64,000 bases of DNA from the IMG/VR virus record IMGVR_UViG_3300037461_001096, positions 32,001 to 96,000 of that record. One strand, given 5' to 3'. Both the position numbers and the translations under genes were made by a program. The DNA comes from a virus. Position 1 is the stretch's first letter; each line of letters begins with the position of its first letter. Below are positions 9,759-19,038 of this stretch, in pieces. The notes under the pieces are model-generated. The model had not been told where the DNA came from and did not search any database. It saw nothing but the letters and a program-made list of their open reading frames with translations.

Positions 9759-10130
9759 TTACCGATTTTCCCTCTCTCCAACAGACGTCTGGTCATTTAA
9801 CGCGGAACTGATTGTCATCGGGCTAATAACAATTCCGTCAGCTCTTAGCTGAAAATCATCAGCAGCCATGAGAACTGCACCCTTGACCGCTGCCATCAAT
9901 TCATTTTTGAGCTTATTACGCAACCGACTCTCGGATACTTCAACGCCATTCCCTTCAAAATCAACTGTAAGGGATAAGTCAACTTTAAAAGAGTATTCAA
10001 TGCCGGGGTCTAACACATTCTCCTGAATTTCAGGTATTTCAGGAAGCGGAGTCTTCTTCGAAGGAGTCTTCAGGGGCTTTTTTTGTTTTTTGGGTTTGCT
10101 TATCCGCTTAGCAACACGAATTAGATCCAT
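9759..10130 (-). CDS. Hypothetical protein, probable head protein (start MDLIRVAKRIS)
   Basis: Internal ATG at 10130 avoids overlap with the divergent gene; carries the xAxR[VI][AS] leader motif. Confidence 0.55.
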   Translation of the reverse strand: MDLIRVAKRISKPKKQKKPLKTPSKKTPLPEIPEIQENVLDPGIEYSFKVDLSLTVDFEGNGVEVSESRLRNKLKNELMAAVKGAVLMAADDFQLRADGIVISPMTISSALNDQTSVGERENR

Positions 10131-10191
10131 GCTAAAGATAACAATGAACAGTTTAAACTGACCTTGAAGAATATGAAATGTAAAGTCAGTC

Positions 10192-10548
10192 ATGCACTTT
10201 GAGTTGGAATGTGTCAAAGAAATCTCGGATGAAGCTCTGAAAGAACTCTCTACAACAATGTCAGCGCGAATTAAAGAGACTAAGCGGAAAATCGCTCAGA
10301 TGCTAAAAAAAGATCAGCATCTAATGTATATGTGGGTTAATAAGCTCAGTGCATGCCCCCCGAAAGCTCTTCCAGAAGAGATTGCCGAGATGCGGAGTCA
10401 ACGCAAGCGCGAATTTGAACTTGCACTTCTATCAAATCCAGAAGCATTTATAGCGTTCCAGATAAACACGTTTTTAATAATGCTAAACGATGAACTAAGG
10501 CAAGAGAGAATTCGGAGAGCCCCAGCTCCAAAAAATAGATGTAAATAA
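10192..10548 (+). CDS. Hypothetical helical protein
   Basis: 118 aa; TGTAAAGT element 5 nt upstream. Confidence 0.6.
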   Translation: MHFELECVKEISDEALKELSTTMSARIKETKRKIAQMLKKDQHLMYMWVNKLSACPPKALPEEIAEMRSQRKREFELALLSNPEAFIAFQINTFLIMLNDELRQERIRRAPAPKNRCK

Positions 10549-11181
10549 CTAGCGGAGTTTTCGCAAGAGTTCTTCCCAAGACGGGTCCTCTGGTTTTTTG
10601 TCCTCTTCCGGCTTCTTCTCCGGCTTCTTCTTTGGACGGAGTGGTAATTTTTCACCGGGTTCATAAGTCGGAAGTCTTTTGGGCTTCATTCCGGGTGGGA
10701 TGGCTGGCTGTTCCTTAATTTGTTTTGTGCGCAGTGGTTCCGGGGACTTTGGTGGTTCAAAGCCACGTGAAATCCATTCCTCATCTGACATCGGTCTTGT
10801 TCTCAGCAATGGGGTCGACGGAACCGGTGGCTTGACCGGTGGTAGACGGGGTGGTTCAACATAGTTTCGGCTTTGTAGATAAAACCCCCACTCGTCATGA
10901 AGATCCCTGTGGATACTGGAATTTGTTACATCAAATTGTCCGGGTGAGCCCATTTCTTTCCATTGCCAATATAAACTCATCTTCATGAGCTCTAGTTCGT
11001 TGGCTGTGAAAAAATCTTTATTTTCGTTAATAAGATAATTAGCAAAAGATTCAATAGAAGCAAAATGTTCTGGAATACCATGCTTAAGCAAAAGATCTTC
11101 GATTTGTTTAGGAGTTAGGGTACTCTCGGAAGTTATGATCCATTTACTTGCAACACGAATAGCTAAAGAACTTATATTCAT
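10549..11181 (-). CDS. Pro/Lys-rich hypothetical protein, probable internal head protein
   Basis: Starts MNISSLAIRVAS; candidate late-promoter motif upstream. Confidence 0.55.
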   Translation of the reverse strand: MNISSLAIRVASKWIITSESTLTPKQIEDLLLKHGIPEHFASIESFANYLINENKDFFTANELELMKMSLYWQWKEMGSPGQFDVTNSSIHRDLHDEWGFYLQSRNYVEPPRLPPVKPPVPSTPLLRTRPMSDEEWISRGFEPPKSPEPLRTKQIKEQPAIPPGMKPKRLPTYEPGEKLPLRPKKKPEKKPEEDKKPEDPSWEELLRKLR

Positions 11182-11284
11182 AACTTCTATTTAAGTATAA
11201 AAGTTATACAATAATTTTACTCAGTCACGTCAGCACCAGGATCATGACCACGTCTTCTAACCTTATTCCTGAGCTGTCTAGCAG

Positions 11285-11479
11285 TTATTGACAGTTATAA
11301 CAATTACCACAATAGTGCCATTCAAGCTTATCTGTACCTGGTCCATGATCTTAACCTATCTTCATCCAGCCGCTGTCAGGTGGGATCGGAGGCCGTATTC
11401 GTGCGCCACATCTATCACAGATCAGTGCGACAAGAATCAGCCGTTCTGGGTTAAGCTCACTTCTTGCATATTCTCGCAC
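11285..11479 (-). pseudogene. Small CxxC...CxxC zinc-ribbon gene with an in-frame TAA
   Basis: GGAGG + GTG start; MREYARSELNPERLILVALICDRCGARIRPPIPPDSGWMKIG*DHGPGTDKLEWHYCGNCYNCQ*; internal stop at 11351-11353. Confidence 0.55.
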
Positions 11480-11522
11480 AATGCACCTCCATGCTTTTAA
11501 GAGAGATTCTACTCGAGAAGAA

Positions 11523-12494
11523 TCAAATACCTAGATTATGCCGCATGCGTATATATGGGTCATCCATATTCGGTTCGAACGGCTGACCGGTAATGGCTTC
11601 ATAAATCTCAATATACCTCAGCGCAGCTTCTATTCGCACATCATCGGGAATGACTGGTACTGAGCCATGACCCCTAAATCCCTGATCGACCAACCAACGT
11701 CGTACATATTCCTTATCAAAGGATTTCTGTTCCTGTCCAGCTTCAAAACGATTCTGATATGAATCGGCATACCAGAATCGTGACGAATCAGGTGTATGTA
11801 TTTCATCAATAACAACCAATGACCCATCGGGCGTTTTACCAAATTCATACTTAGTGTCAACAAGGATCAAGCCACGTTGCTCACAGATTTTCTGTCCAAA
11901 CGCAAATAACCTCATTGCCATGTCAGCAGCTTGGTCAAAATCTTCCTTACAAACATAATCCATCGTTAGAATTTCGTCACGTGAGACCGAAATGTCGTGG
12001 TCACCTTTTGACGCTTTAGTACTTGGTGTGAGGATTGGCTCTGGTAGACGTTCGTTGAATCGCAACCCATCAGGAAGTATATGTCCACAAAATGATCTAA
12101 CCCCTCGTTGGTAGTGCGTCCAAATGCTTGTTGACGAGACCCCGGTAGCATACGCACGTACAATCATTTCCACCGGAAGTGGCGTACACTCAACAACTTG
12201 CACAATATTGGGGTCAACCTCACGTATCATATGATTTTGTACAGTGTCTCTAGACTGTGCAAACCACCAAGTGGCAATACGGTTCAACACTTGTCCCTTT
12301 AGGGGAAGTGTCCCGAGAACCCGGTCAAACGCGCTAATCCGGTCAGTTACAACAATGAAACGACTCCCATCACGGGCGATATAATTATCACGCACCTTCC
12401 CGATATATGGTCTACCTAGACCATGAAAATCTGTATTTTCAATTGTTGTCGCGAGGGCTTCTCTCAACGTCTCGTGTGTTACGTTTCTAGTCAT
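11523..12494 (-). CDS. purC: SAICAR synthetase (auxiliary metabolic gene)
   Basis: GKVRDNY, TDRISAFD, KGQVLN, GLILVDTKYEFG, DEIHTPDSSRFW, FDKEYVRRWL. Confidence 0.95.
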   Translation of the reverse strand: MTRNVTHETLREALATTIENTDFHGLGRPYIGKVRDNYIARDGSRFIVVTDRISAFDRVLGTLPLKGQVLNRIATWWFAQSRDTVQNHMIREVDPNIVQVVECTPLPVEMIVRAYATGVSSTSIWTHYQRGVRSFCGHILPDGLRFNERLPEPILTPSTKASKGDHDISVSRDEILTMDYVCKEDFDQAADMAMRLFAFGQKICEQRGLILVDTKYEFGKTPDGSLVVIDEIHTPDSSRFWYADSYQNRFEAGQEQKSFDKEYVRRWLVDQGFRGHGSVPVIPDDVRIEAALRYIEIYEAITGQPFEPNMDDPYIRMRHNLGI

Positions 12495-12760
12495 GTCATA
12501 TGACTCCTGTAGAAAACTCCCCAAATTTTGTTCGTCCTTATAAACTGTCTAGTTTCATTGGTACTTCGCCATCAGAAGTATGGGCGATAACCATATGACC
12601 CCCAGACCACTACTGGGTAGCTAATTCAATCTCCGACCCTATAACACGCTGGTTGACCTGCAATAATATGGTGTATTATCTGAGGTGAATTGCACTGCTG
12701 CATATCTCCTCATTATACTATCTCGAACTTTGATCTTTCATATTTAACTTCCAAGTTTCC

Positions 12761-13315
12761 TCAATCAGTCATTATTTTTCTAATTATGAAGAGATGCTTT
12801 GCTTGTTCTATTTGATCTTTTGTAAGGACCCGCCTTGTGATTTCGATTGGATTTCCTCTTTTGTCCAGAAGATATGATATATCCGCCCCATTTTCCATAA
12901 GATAATGTGCAACTTCTAGATGTCCGTTATAGGCAGCGGATCGAAGTGCATAGTTATTGTCTGCATGAATATCCGCCCCGTTCTCCACGAGGAGTTTAAT
13001 GATCTCTAAATGTCCATATATAGCAGCATATTGTAGAGCCTCGTTATCCTCTGCGTGAATATTTGCTCCATTTTTTACAAGATATTTGACAACCTCTACA
13101 TGCCCATAAAAAATGGCCCATCGAAGTGCGCCATTATTACCTGCGTGAATATCTGCCCCATTTTCCATGAGGAATTTAACAGTTTCTAGATATCCATTTG
13201 CAGCGGCCAACTGAAATGCCAAGTCATTTTCTACATGAATGTCTACTCCGTTATTCATCAGGAAGCGAACATCCTCTAAACGACCGTTACATGCAGCTTC
13301 AATTATACCCGTCAT
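12761..13315 (-). CDS. Ankyrin-repeat protein (5 repeats of 30 aa)
   Basis: GADIHAxNxxALxxAAxxGHLExVxxLxEN repeats; tail ...QIEQAKHLFIIRKIMTD. Confidence 0.9.
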   Translation of the reverse strand: MTGIIEAACNGRLEDVRFLMNNGVDIHVENDLAFQLAAANGYLETVKFLMENGADIHAGNNGALRWAIFYGHVEVVKYLVKNGANIHAEDNEALQYAAIYGHLEIIKLLVENGADIHADNNYALRSAAYNGHLEVAHYLMENGADISYLLDKRGNPIEITRRVLTKDQIEQAKHLFIIRKIMTD

Positions 13316-13512
13316 TGCCCAATTTTTCAGTCAGCCATTGTTTTCTAGTCACGAAGGCATACGCCGTTCATGATACACCGCCTTCAAGGAAGGCACGCGG
13401 CAAGCCTCGGATGTCTCAATCGAAGCCAAACTTATACCCTACGTGACGGTCATCCACTGGCTTATGACTCCCACAAATCTACGAATCTGCGGCATGACTA
13501 ACAATGTGGAAG

Positions 13513-14169
13513 TTACACCCCTAGCTCCATGATTTGCCGGCATACGTCAAATGGTAGCCCATACATGCTACAAAAAGCAATGATTTCTGCCGTTCTAAAT
13601 CGGGTCCCTAAACGTTCATGATATTTGAACATGCGAGCCGATGTGCGAATTGGATATATAACTGACGCCATATAAATGTCACTGACACCGGAGTCCAAAG
13701 CTGCACGACATTGCGGAGTCATATGTACGCCGTTCGGGCCAAGATTGCACATGACGACTGACATATCATGAAGTTCGTGCGGCTCATCAATATAGAAATT
13801 CACGTCGATAGTCGGATCGTCAATAACGGCAAGATGCGCCATAACATAGGAAATTTCGTCTTTAAAATAAAAATCTATATCTTTAGTTTCGAACGCGCCA
13901 GTGGTAAAAGCAAGAGCCGCGCCCCCGCTCACCACACCGCCCATTTCAAACAGCCGGTCAACGTTCTCGGCAGTCTTGACGCGGTCCTGGGCAGCGTCGG
14001 AGTTCTTATGAAACTTTTGCTCAGTCCATTTTAGCAGAACAGTCTCACGCGCACCGGCAGAGACGATTGATCGAAACAGGTCACCACTCTGGCCGATAGA
14101 GTGCAGACGACAAACACGATTTGAAATTTCGATACGTTTATCCTGCAAAGAATGGGGAAGCTTCATCAC
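13513..14169 (-). CDS. Pol-beta-superfamily nucleotidyltransferase-like protein
   Basis: GGVVSGGAAL...TKDIDFYF (hGG...DxD motif). Confidence 0.55.
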   Translation of the reverse strand: MMKLPHSLQDKRIEISNRVCRLHSIGQSGDLFRSIVSAGARETVLLKWTEQKFHKNSDAAQDRVKTAENVDRLFEMGGVVSGGAALAFTTGAFETKDIDFYFKDEISYVMAHLAVIDDPTIDVNFYIDEPHELHDMSVVMCNLGPNGVHMTPQCRAALDSGVSDIYMASVIYPIRTSARMFKYHERLGTRFRTAEIIAFCSMYGLPFDVCRQIMELGV

Positions 14170-14461
14170 CGTATGCTTGCGTCAAATATCCCACTGCTTC
14201 TTGACACTTAACTTGATCAATGCCGTTATCGGCACAATACTGCCTGACCTTTGCGACCTGAGTCGCAAGGTCTTCTGGCGACTCCGTCGCCAATCCATGC
14301 AGGAGAGCTTGAGAGCATACTTGTGACGGAGTCTGCGGATCAAGTTCTGCTGCCACTCGACGCAGTTCTGCTGCCACAAGACTGCGGTCGGGCCGCTTCG
14401 AATTGTTGATTCCGGTAACAACACTTGCCAGGTGACTTGCAATTTGGGATGGATTACGCAT
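14138..14461 (-). CDS. Hypothetical protein, probable head protein
   Basis: PSQIASHLASVVTGINNSKRPDRSLVAAELRRV is similar to an internal segment of the 20753-21595 protein. Confidence 0.6.
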   Translation of the reverse strand: MRNPSQIASHLASVVTGINNSKRPDRSLVAAELRRVAAELDPQTPSQVCSQALLHGLATESPEDLATQVAKVRQYCADNGIDQVKCQEAVGYLTQAYGDEASPFFAG

Positions 14462-14557
14462 GAGTACTACTCCAGATGGGCCGGTCCAGATGACCCTATG
14501 TCAGGTGACTTGCAGTCTGAGATAGACTACACACAGCGTTCCTTAGGAATAAAAGAT

Positions 14558-14683
14558 TCATGAAATGTCGGAGAGGATCTTATTATCTAAATTCTTGGCG
14601 GCGGTCTTCATAAGTTCTTCCATCAATACCATAGAATTCAAAATGTCGACATCGACTTCCATATCACCTCTAATTGTTGATAT
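14558..14683 (-). CDS. Short ORF (41 aa from ATA, or 34 aa from ATG at 14662) in duplicated cassette copy 1
   Basis: AGGAGG-5nt-ATA; ISTIRGDMEVDVDILNSMVLMEELMKTAAKNLDNKILSDIS. Confidence 0.4.
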   Translation of the reverse strand: MSTIRGDMEVDVDILNSMVLMEELMKTAAKNLDNKILSDIS

Positions 14684-14710
14684 GGAAACCTCCTGTGTGT
14701 CAGAAGGTTA
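14590..14710 (-). repeat. ~120-bp diverged direct repeat, copy 1
   Basis: Shares AGGAGGTTTCCATATCAACA[AG]TTAGAGG[TC]GAT...GTCGA[TC]GTCGAC...GCCAAGAATT with 16083-16202. Confidence 0.85.
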
Positions 14711-14783
14711 CACTTCAGCAGAGATCATAAACAAACTTTATCCTGGGAACCGTGTAAGACCGCCGAAAACCAAGAGCAGCAGC

Positions 14784-15563
14784 TTATTCGGCGTCCAACT
14801 GGCTCAAAGCAGCGTCCGACCCACCTCCAGAATCCACATTCTCTGATTCAACAATCGAAACCGGAACGACCACGGCAGATTTTATCTGACTAACTTCCGA
14901 TTTGATCATGTCAATATCGGACATCATGGAAGCCATACCATCCTTAATTCTTCTGGAATGGTTTTTGTTCTCGTCCAAAACAACCCTGGCTTCTCCGAGG
15001 CTGTTGTTCACTTCAGAAAGAGTCGATATCACGACAGATAAACGCTCTTTCGTCAAGTTCATGTCGTTTCCGGCCAAGCGCTTAACCTCGAGAATCATGC
15101 GGCTAAGAGTCGGATCGGAAACACGCGCGTTTATGGCAGAAAGTTTTTCTTGAAGCACAGAAAGTTTTTCTTGAAGTGTGGCCAAACGATTTCTGGCGTT
15201 TTCAGCCTCCACCATGTACGCTTTTGTTTGTTCCCATCGCTTTTTTCCGTCGTCAGAAGCTTGATCCAGCTTCCCCTGCATGACAAGGACCCTGTCGTTT
15301 GCAGCTTTTTTCTCCGCGGACGACTCAGCCTCTTTTGATAGGTTCAAAATTTCGTTCCCGACGCCAAGGCAAAACGTCAAGCAAACACAAGCTGCGCACG
15401 TTTTCCCATATACGGTCAAACGGCCGTTGTCGTTCACTGTCTTCTTGAAAATGCCAAGAAACGCAGTGATGAAAGCCGCAGCACATAGAGAAATTTTTAA
15501 AAAAAGCTCGAGACTGGTCATTCCGAAAACAGGTAAAAACAGCCTACTTCGGAATACGCTCAA
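14784..15563 (-). CDS. Membrane-anchored coiled-coil protein
   Basis: Two N-terminal hydrophobic segments and a long heptad region, including a 21-bp-period duplication at 15137-15176. Confidence 0.6.
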   Translation of the reverse strand: MSVFRSRLFLPVFGMTSLELFLKISLCAAAFITAFLGIFKKTVNDNGRLTVYGKTCAACVCLTFCLGVGNEILNLSKEAESSAEKKAANDRVLVMQGKLDQASDDGKKRWEQTKAYMVEAENARNRLATLQEKLSVLQEKLSAINARVSDPTLSRMILEVKRLAGNDMNLTKERLSVVISTLSEVNNSLGEARVVLDENKNHSRRIKDGMASMMSDIDMIKSEVSQIKSAVVVPVSIVESENVDSGGGSDAALSQLDAE

Positions 15564-15681
15564 TGCAGCTTATCATGCCCCCGTCTTCAATCAAGCGAGA
15601 AGAATCTGGATCCTGATCTGAAATAATGCTTCGTCATGTCGAAGCTTGAAAAAGTTCTGAACCCACAATTCGAACAGCGCA

Positions 15682-16134
15682 TCATTCCTCCATTATTTCT
15701 TCCACATCCTCTTCGTGAAACCCTGGCGCAAGGCCAAGACCAACGCGGGGAGACCCACACAGCTCTGGTTCCATATGTCCTGGCTTCGGCATATGTCCAT
15801 CCAAGCCGCACACGTCGCAACCTTGACCAAACTCATACATTACGTAATGTGAACCAGCAGGCTTCGGGCCTCCGCAATTCGGACACCAATGAATTCCCGC
15901 ACATTCAACATGAGGACACGCGAACCCGCATCTAGCGCAATGCATGTGGCGAGGAACTTCCACGCGTCCGCACATGGGGCAGTCAAACGACCCGTCAGGA
16001 TAAACTTTCAAGTCAGCAAATTTTTTACAAGAATGGCACCACTGCATGCGGAAACGTACACTCAAGACGAGTTGAAGAAGATAATTCTTGGCTGCGCCTT
16101 TTACAAACTTTTCTGTCGATCTCACAGAGTTCAA
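15682..16134 (-). CDS. Cys-rich multi-zinc-ribbon protein
   Basis: CHSC, CPMC, CARC, CPNC and CDVC pairs; ends VEEIMEE; start uncertain (frame is open up to ATA at 16176). Confidence 0.55.
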   Translation of the reverse strand: MNSVRSTEKFVKGAAKNYLLQLVLSVRFRMQWCHSCKKFADLKVYPDGSFDCPMCGRVEVPRHMHCARCGFACPHVECAGIHWCPNCGGPKPAGSHYVMYEFGQGCDVCGLDGHMPKPGHMEPELCGSPRVGLGLAPGFHEEDVEEIMEE

Positions 16135-16202
16135 AACGTCGACGTCGACTTGCGGATCGCCTCTAACTGTTGATATGGAAACCTCCTTTGTCAGGAGATT
16201 AT
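16083..16202 (-). repeat. ~120-bp diverged direct repeat, copy 2
   Basis: Homologous to 14590-14710; reads ISTVRGDPQVDVDVLNS...AAKN. Confidence 0.85.
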
Positions 16203-16206
16203 ACCT

Positions 16207-17835
16207 TTAGCGAAGGTCATAAACAAACTTAATCTTGGGAGGCGTATGGACTTTCTTGTAACCAAGAGCCTCAGCACACTGGCGCTCCTGCATGTTTCTC
16301 GCTTTAGCAAATTCGTACAAGGTCTTTTTGTTTACTTCATACCCTTTAGTATCTTCGTAATAATAGCTGCGAGCAGTCTCCCCGACGCGCTGCCAGTTTG
16401 AGGCCACATAAATAGTACCAACATGGCCGAAGCGCGGATCTGCAAAGGACACAAGCTTCACAATTTGAGGTTTATTTGCAGCAATCCATTTTATAGCTTT
16501 TGACATAAAGAATGAAGCAAAATTCTTGGCATGATACATCGGATGAATACAAAAACGATCAAGTTCAAGCACTTGTCCATTTTCCAGTCCCACAGCTTTG
16601 GCGATCCCCTGTCTGACCGGCGGGGCAAACTTAGCCACGCCAATAAGATTTTCTTCAACCCAGGCACCATATACAAGACTGGATGAACGACCAAACCCGG
16701 CATAATGATGCTGAGTCAAAAACTCTTGACATTCTTTGAGAGAAGCTGCCGATGTTAAAACACTTGATAGTTTAAATTGCGTCTGTGGAACATTCAAATT
16801 AGTAATTTTATTTCGAGTTGTTCTAGCAGGAGTCCCATTGAGAGCAGATTGTCTGCTGCGCTGATGTATGCACAACCCATGTCCTCTATGCTTACTATGG
16901 TTACAGTTCCAGCACAATAATTGATAATCAGATTTATCTAAGTCTCCACGCAAAATGGCGGTCATCAGACTCATTCCGGTGCGTTGACCGTCCGCTCTAA
17001 GGGTAGACCCGTTGTTCTGCATGTGGTCAACCACAAGTTTATGCCACTCATTTATACCACAACACCGACATGTCCCACCGAGCGCGTGTATGGCAGCCAT
17101 ACGTTGTTGTGTCCGGTGACGATTCTCACACGAAAGGCATCTTAAAACATGCCCCCGTGGGAGAAACATGGATTTATCAAGATGCTGACAGCAATCCGGA
17201 CAAAATCTGGTCTCCCCGGTCAATGGTTTCTGCACAAAATTGTTGACTGGGTATAAACGGTATCTACCAACATTGCAGTTATGACACAGCACCTGATATC
17301 TGGACTTATCAAACGTGCCGTCCAAGATTTTACGTTTCCATCCAAGAGACCCCATATGGCGCTCTTTATTACCATCATCATTAATATGATCTATCGTTAA
17401 AAACTCCTTCTCCGATTCCCCACATATTTGACAAACCCCGCCGAGTGCAAGAAGGGCTGCTTCAATGATAGACTTGCGATACTGTTTGCTCTTTGACACT
17501 AGAGCGTGTTTATTTTGCTCTCGCCATTTTGCAACACGTTCTGAGATTTTTGATTTATTGGTATGCCAATACTCAGTCTTTTTAGTAAGCAGGTGTTCAG
17601 CATTATCACGATAATACTGCTTTTTCTGTTCTAAAATCGTTTCCCGGTTTAATGCATACTTCTCCCTTCGCTGTTCAGAAATTTGAGAAGAATGTTCCAC
17701 CCGGTATCTTCTAGCCATAGAAGAACGGCATAACTTGCACTTAGCATCATAACCATTTGCTTTTATACTATTACGATAAAAATCATTTTCTAATGTTTTT
17801 TCTTGACCACACCCAACGCATATTTGTATAGTCAT
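16207..17835 (-). CDS. Tandem-HNH endonuclease fused to a Mom-family GNAT domain (copy E)
   Basis: Two LGGxCxxCG...DH...YQxLCxNCN units; HHYAG...LELDRFC...VSFADPRFGHVGTIYVASNW Mom signature. Confidence 0.8.
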   Translation of the reverse strand: MTIQICVGCGQEKTLENDFYRNSIKANGYDAKCKLCRSSMARRYRVEHSSQISEQRREKYALNRETILEQKKQYYRDNAEHLLTKKTEYWHTNKSKISERVAKWREQNKHALVSKSKQYRKSIIEAALLALGGVCQICGESEKEFLTIDHINDDGNKERHMGSLGWKRKILDGTFDKSRYQVLCHNCNVGRYRLYPVNNFVQKPLTGETRFCPDCCQHLDKSMFLPRGHVLRCLSCENRHRTQQRMAAIHALGGTCRCCGINEWHKLVVDHMQNNGSTLRADGQRTGMSLMTAILRGDLDKSDYQLLCWNCNHSKHRGHGLCIHQRSRQSALNGTPARTTRNKITNLNVPQTQFKLSSVLTSAASLKECQEFLTQHHYAGFGRSSSLVYGAWVEENLIGVAKFAPPVRQGIAKAVGLENGQVLELDRFCIHPMYHAKNFASFFMSKAIKWIAANKPQIVKLVSFADPRFGHVGTIYVASNWQRVGETARSYYYEDTKGYEVNKKTLYEFAKARNMQERQCAEALGYKKVHTPPKIKFVYDLR

Positions 17836-18094
17836 ACAACCCCTGGATTCTGAAAGAGTTTAGTTGCAAGCTGAACTGGATTTCATTGGATTGCAGAAAT
17901 ATACAATCTGGTAATCCAATAAGATTACAAAATGTACAATAAAAAGTCTGGTAGATGACCTTCATGGGATGGATAACTGAAAAATTTCGAGGCAATAAAC
18001 AAGTGAGAAACCATAAAACAAAGGTTTCTGGATTACTGAGAAATTCAGATGTGTCAATAAATGTCTGCAGAAGAGATTATAGTATTTTATTTAC

Positions 18095-19000
18095 TTAGAT
18101 GCCAAGAAACCTGCGCGGAGTAAGTGCACCACGGCCTACACTCGGACCAAATGAAGAACGAATTCCTAGGCCATATCTTGACTGCTTCAAACCGCGGATT
18201 ATTTTTACCGTCTCTTTTGCGGCGGTAATCATATCATTAAATCTAGTTTGAGCATCGTTTGCCATGCTCTGATATTTAGAAGATTTTTCCAGACTCAATG
18301 AAACACCGCCTATTGAATACTCGAATTCGTCTGCAATCCAATTTGTTGATATAGCAGTAAGTGCATGCACCATTGCCCCGACAAATAAAACAGCTCGCCA
18401 GTTTCTATGATGGGTGATGAGCTGGTCCAGGGTGTTATAGAATGTCTGTGGCGCATAAGAATTAATTACATCCAATGATACGTTTAAGAACTCTTTTAGT
18501 TCTTCGTCTAGCCACAGATGCCCAAACACCCTAGTGAGTTGGTTGATTGATTCTTCGCTGGCGGGTGGTACAAAATGATAATGTCTATCCGGATTTGCGT
18601 CACGAAGCATAATCCTAAGACCACGGATTAAGTCAATTTCTATTTGTGTTATTCCTGGAACGGTAATGATTTGTTGCGAATTCCCAACGATGTTGAATTC
18701 TTGTAAAACTTCAGCTTGTTTAGAGTTTAAAAACTCGCGGAAGTGCCATCGTATTCGATATCTCCCAATATTGGCATCGGGTGGTATTTTAAAAGCTGCA
18801 TAATACTCCCCAACGGATGGATTTTCAGGTCGGCGCTCAGAAGGAGGCAACAGTATTTCTACCCCCGTTGTAAAATCATAAATATCATAGAAAATTTCTG
18901 CGGCATTCTTCGGTGTACCATCTCTTTTCTTCAGAAAAATGTTCAGCCCATCAGCACGGGTTAGCTCTTGGCATCGCTTGAAGACAACACTCATGCTCAA
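18095..19000 (-). CDS. Head-tail adaptor/neck-like structural protein
   Basis: Ig-like N-terminus (VGEYYAAF...GRYRIRW); LRIMLRD...LDEELKEFL...YSIGGVSLSLEKSSKY resembles adaptor proteins. Confidence 0.55.
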   Translation of the reverse strand: MSMSVVFKRCQELTRADGLNIFLKKRDGTPKNAAEIFYDIYDFTTGVEILLPPSERRPENPSVGEYYAAFKIPPDANIGRYRIRWHFREFLNSKQAEVLQEFNIVGNSQQIITVPGITQIEIDLIRGLRIMLRDANPDRHYHFVPPASEESINQLTRVFGHLWLDEELKEFLNVSLDVINSYAPQTFYNTLDQLITHHRNWRAVLFVGAMVHALTAISTNWIADEFEYSIGGVSLSLEKSSKYQSMANDAQTRFNDMITAAKETVKIIRGLKQSRYGLGIRSSFGPSVGRGALTPRRFLGI

Positions 19001-19038
19001 ACACTACAGAATAAATCTATAATATGATATGGAATTAA

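Noticed and set aside
11351-11353. Stop-codon reassignment
   Set aside because: TAA, TAG and TGA all end clear genes, and long conserved ORFs are uninterrupted.
14462-14535. Degenerate duplicate of the start of the 14138-14461 gene (SQTASHLT* versus SQIASHLA)
   Set aside because: Short and stop-containing; most likely a decayed local duplication.
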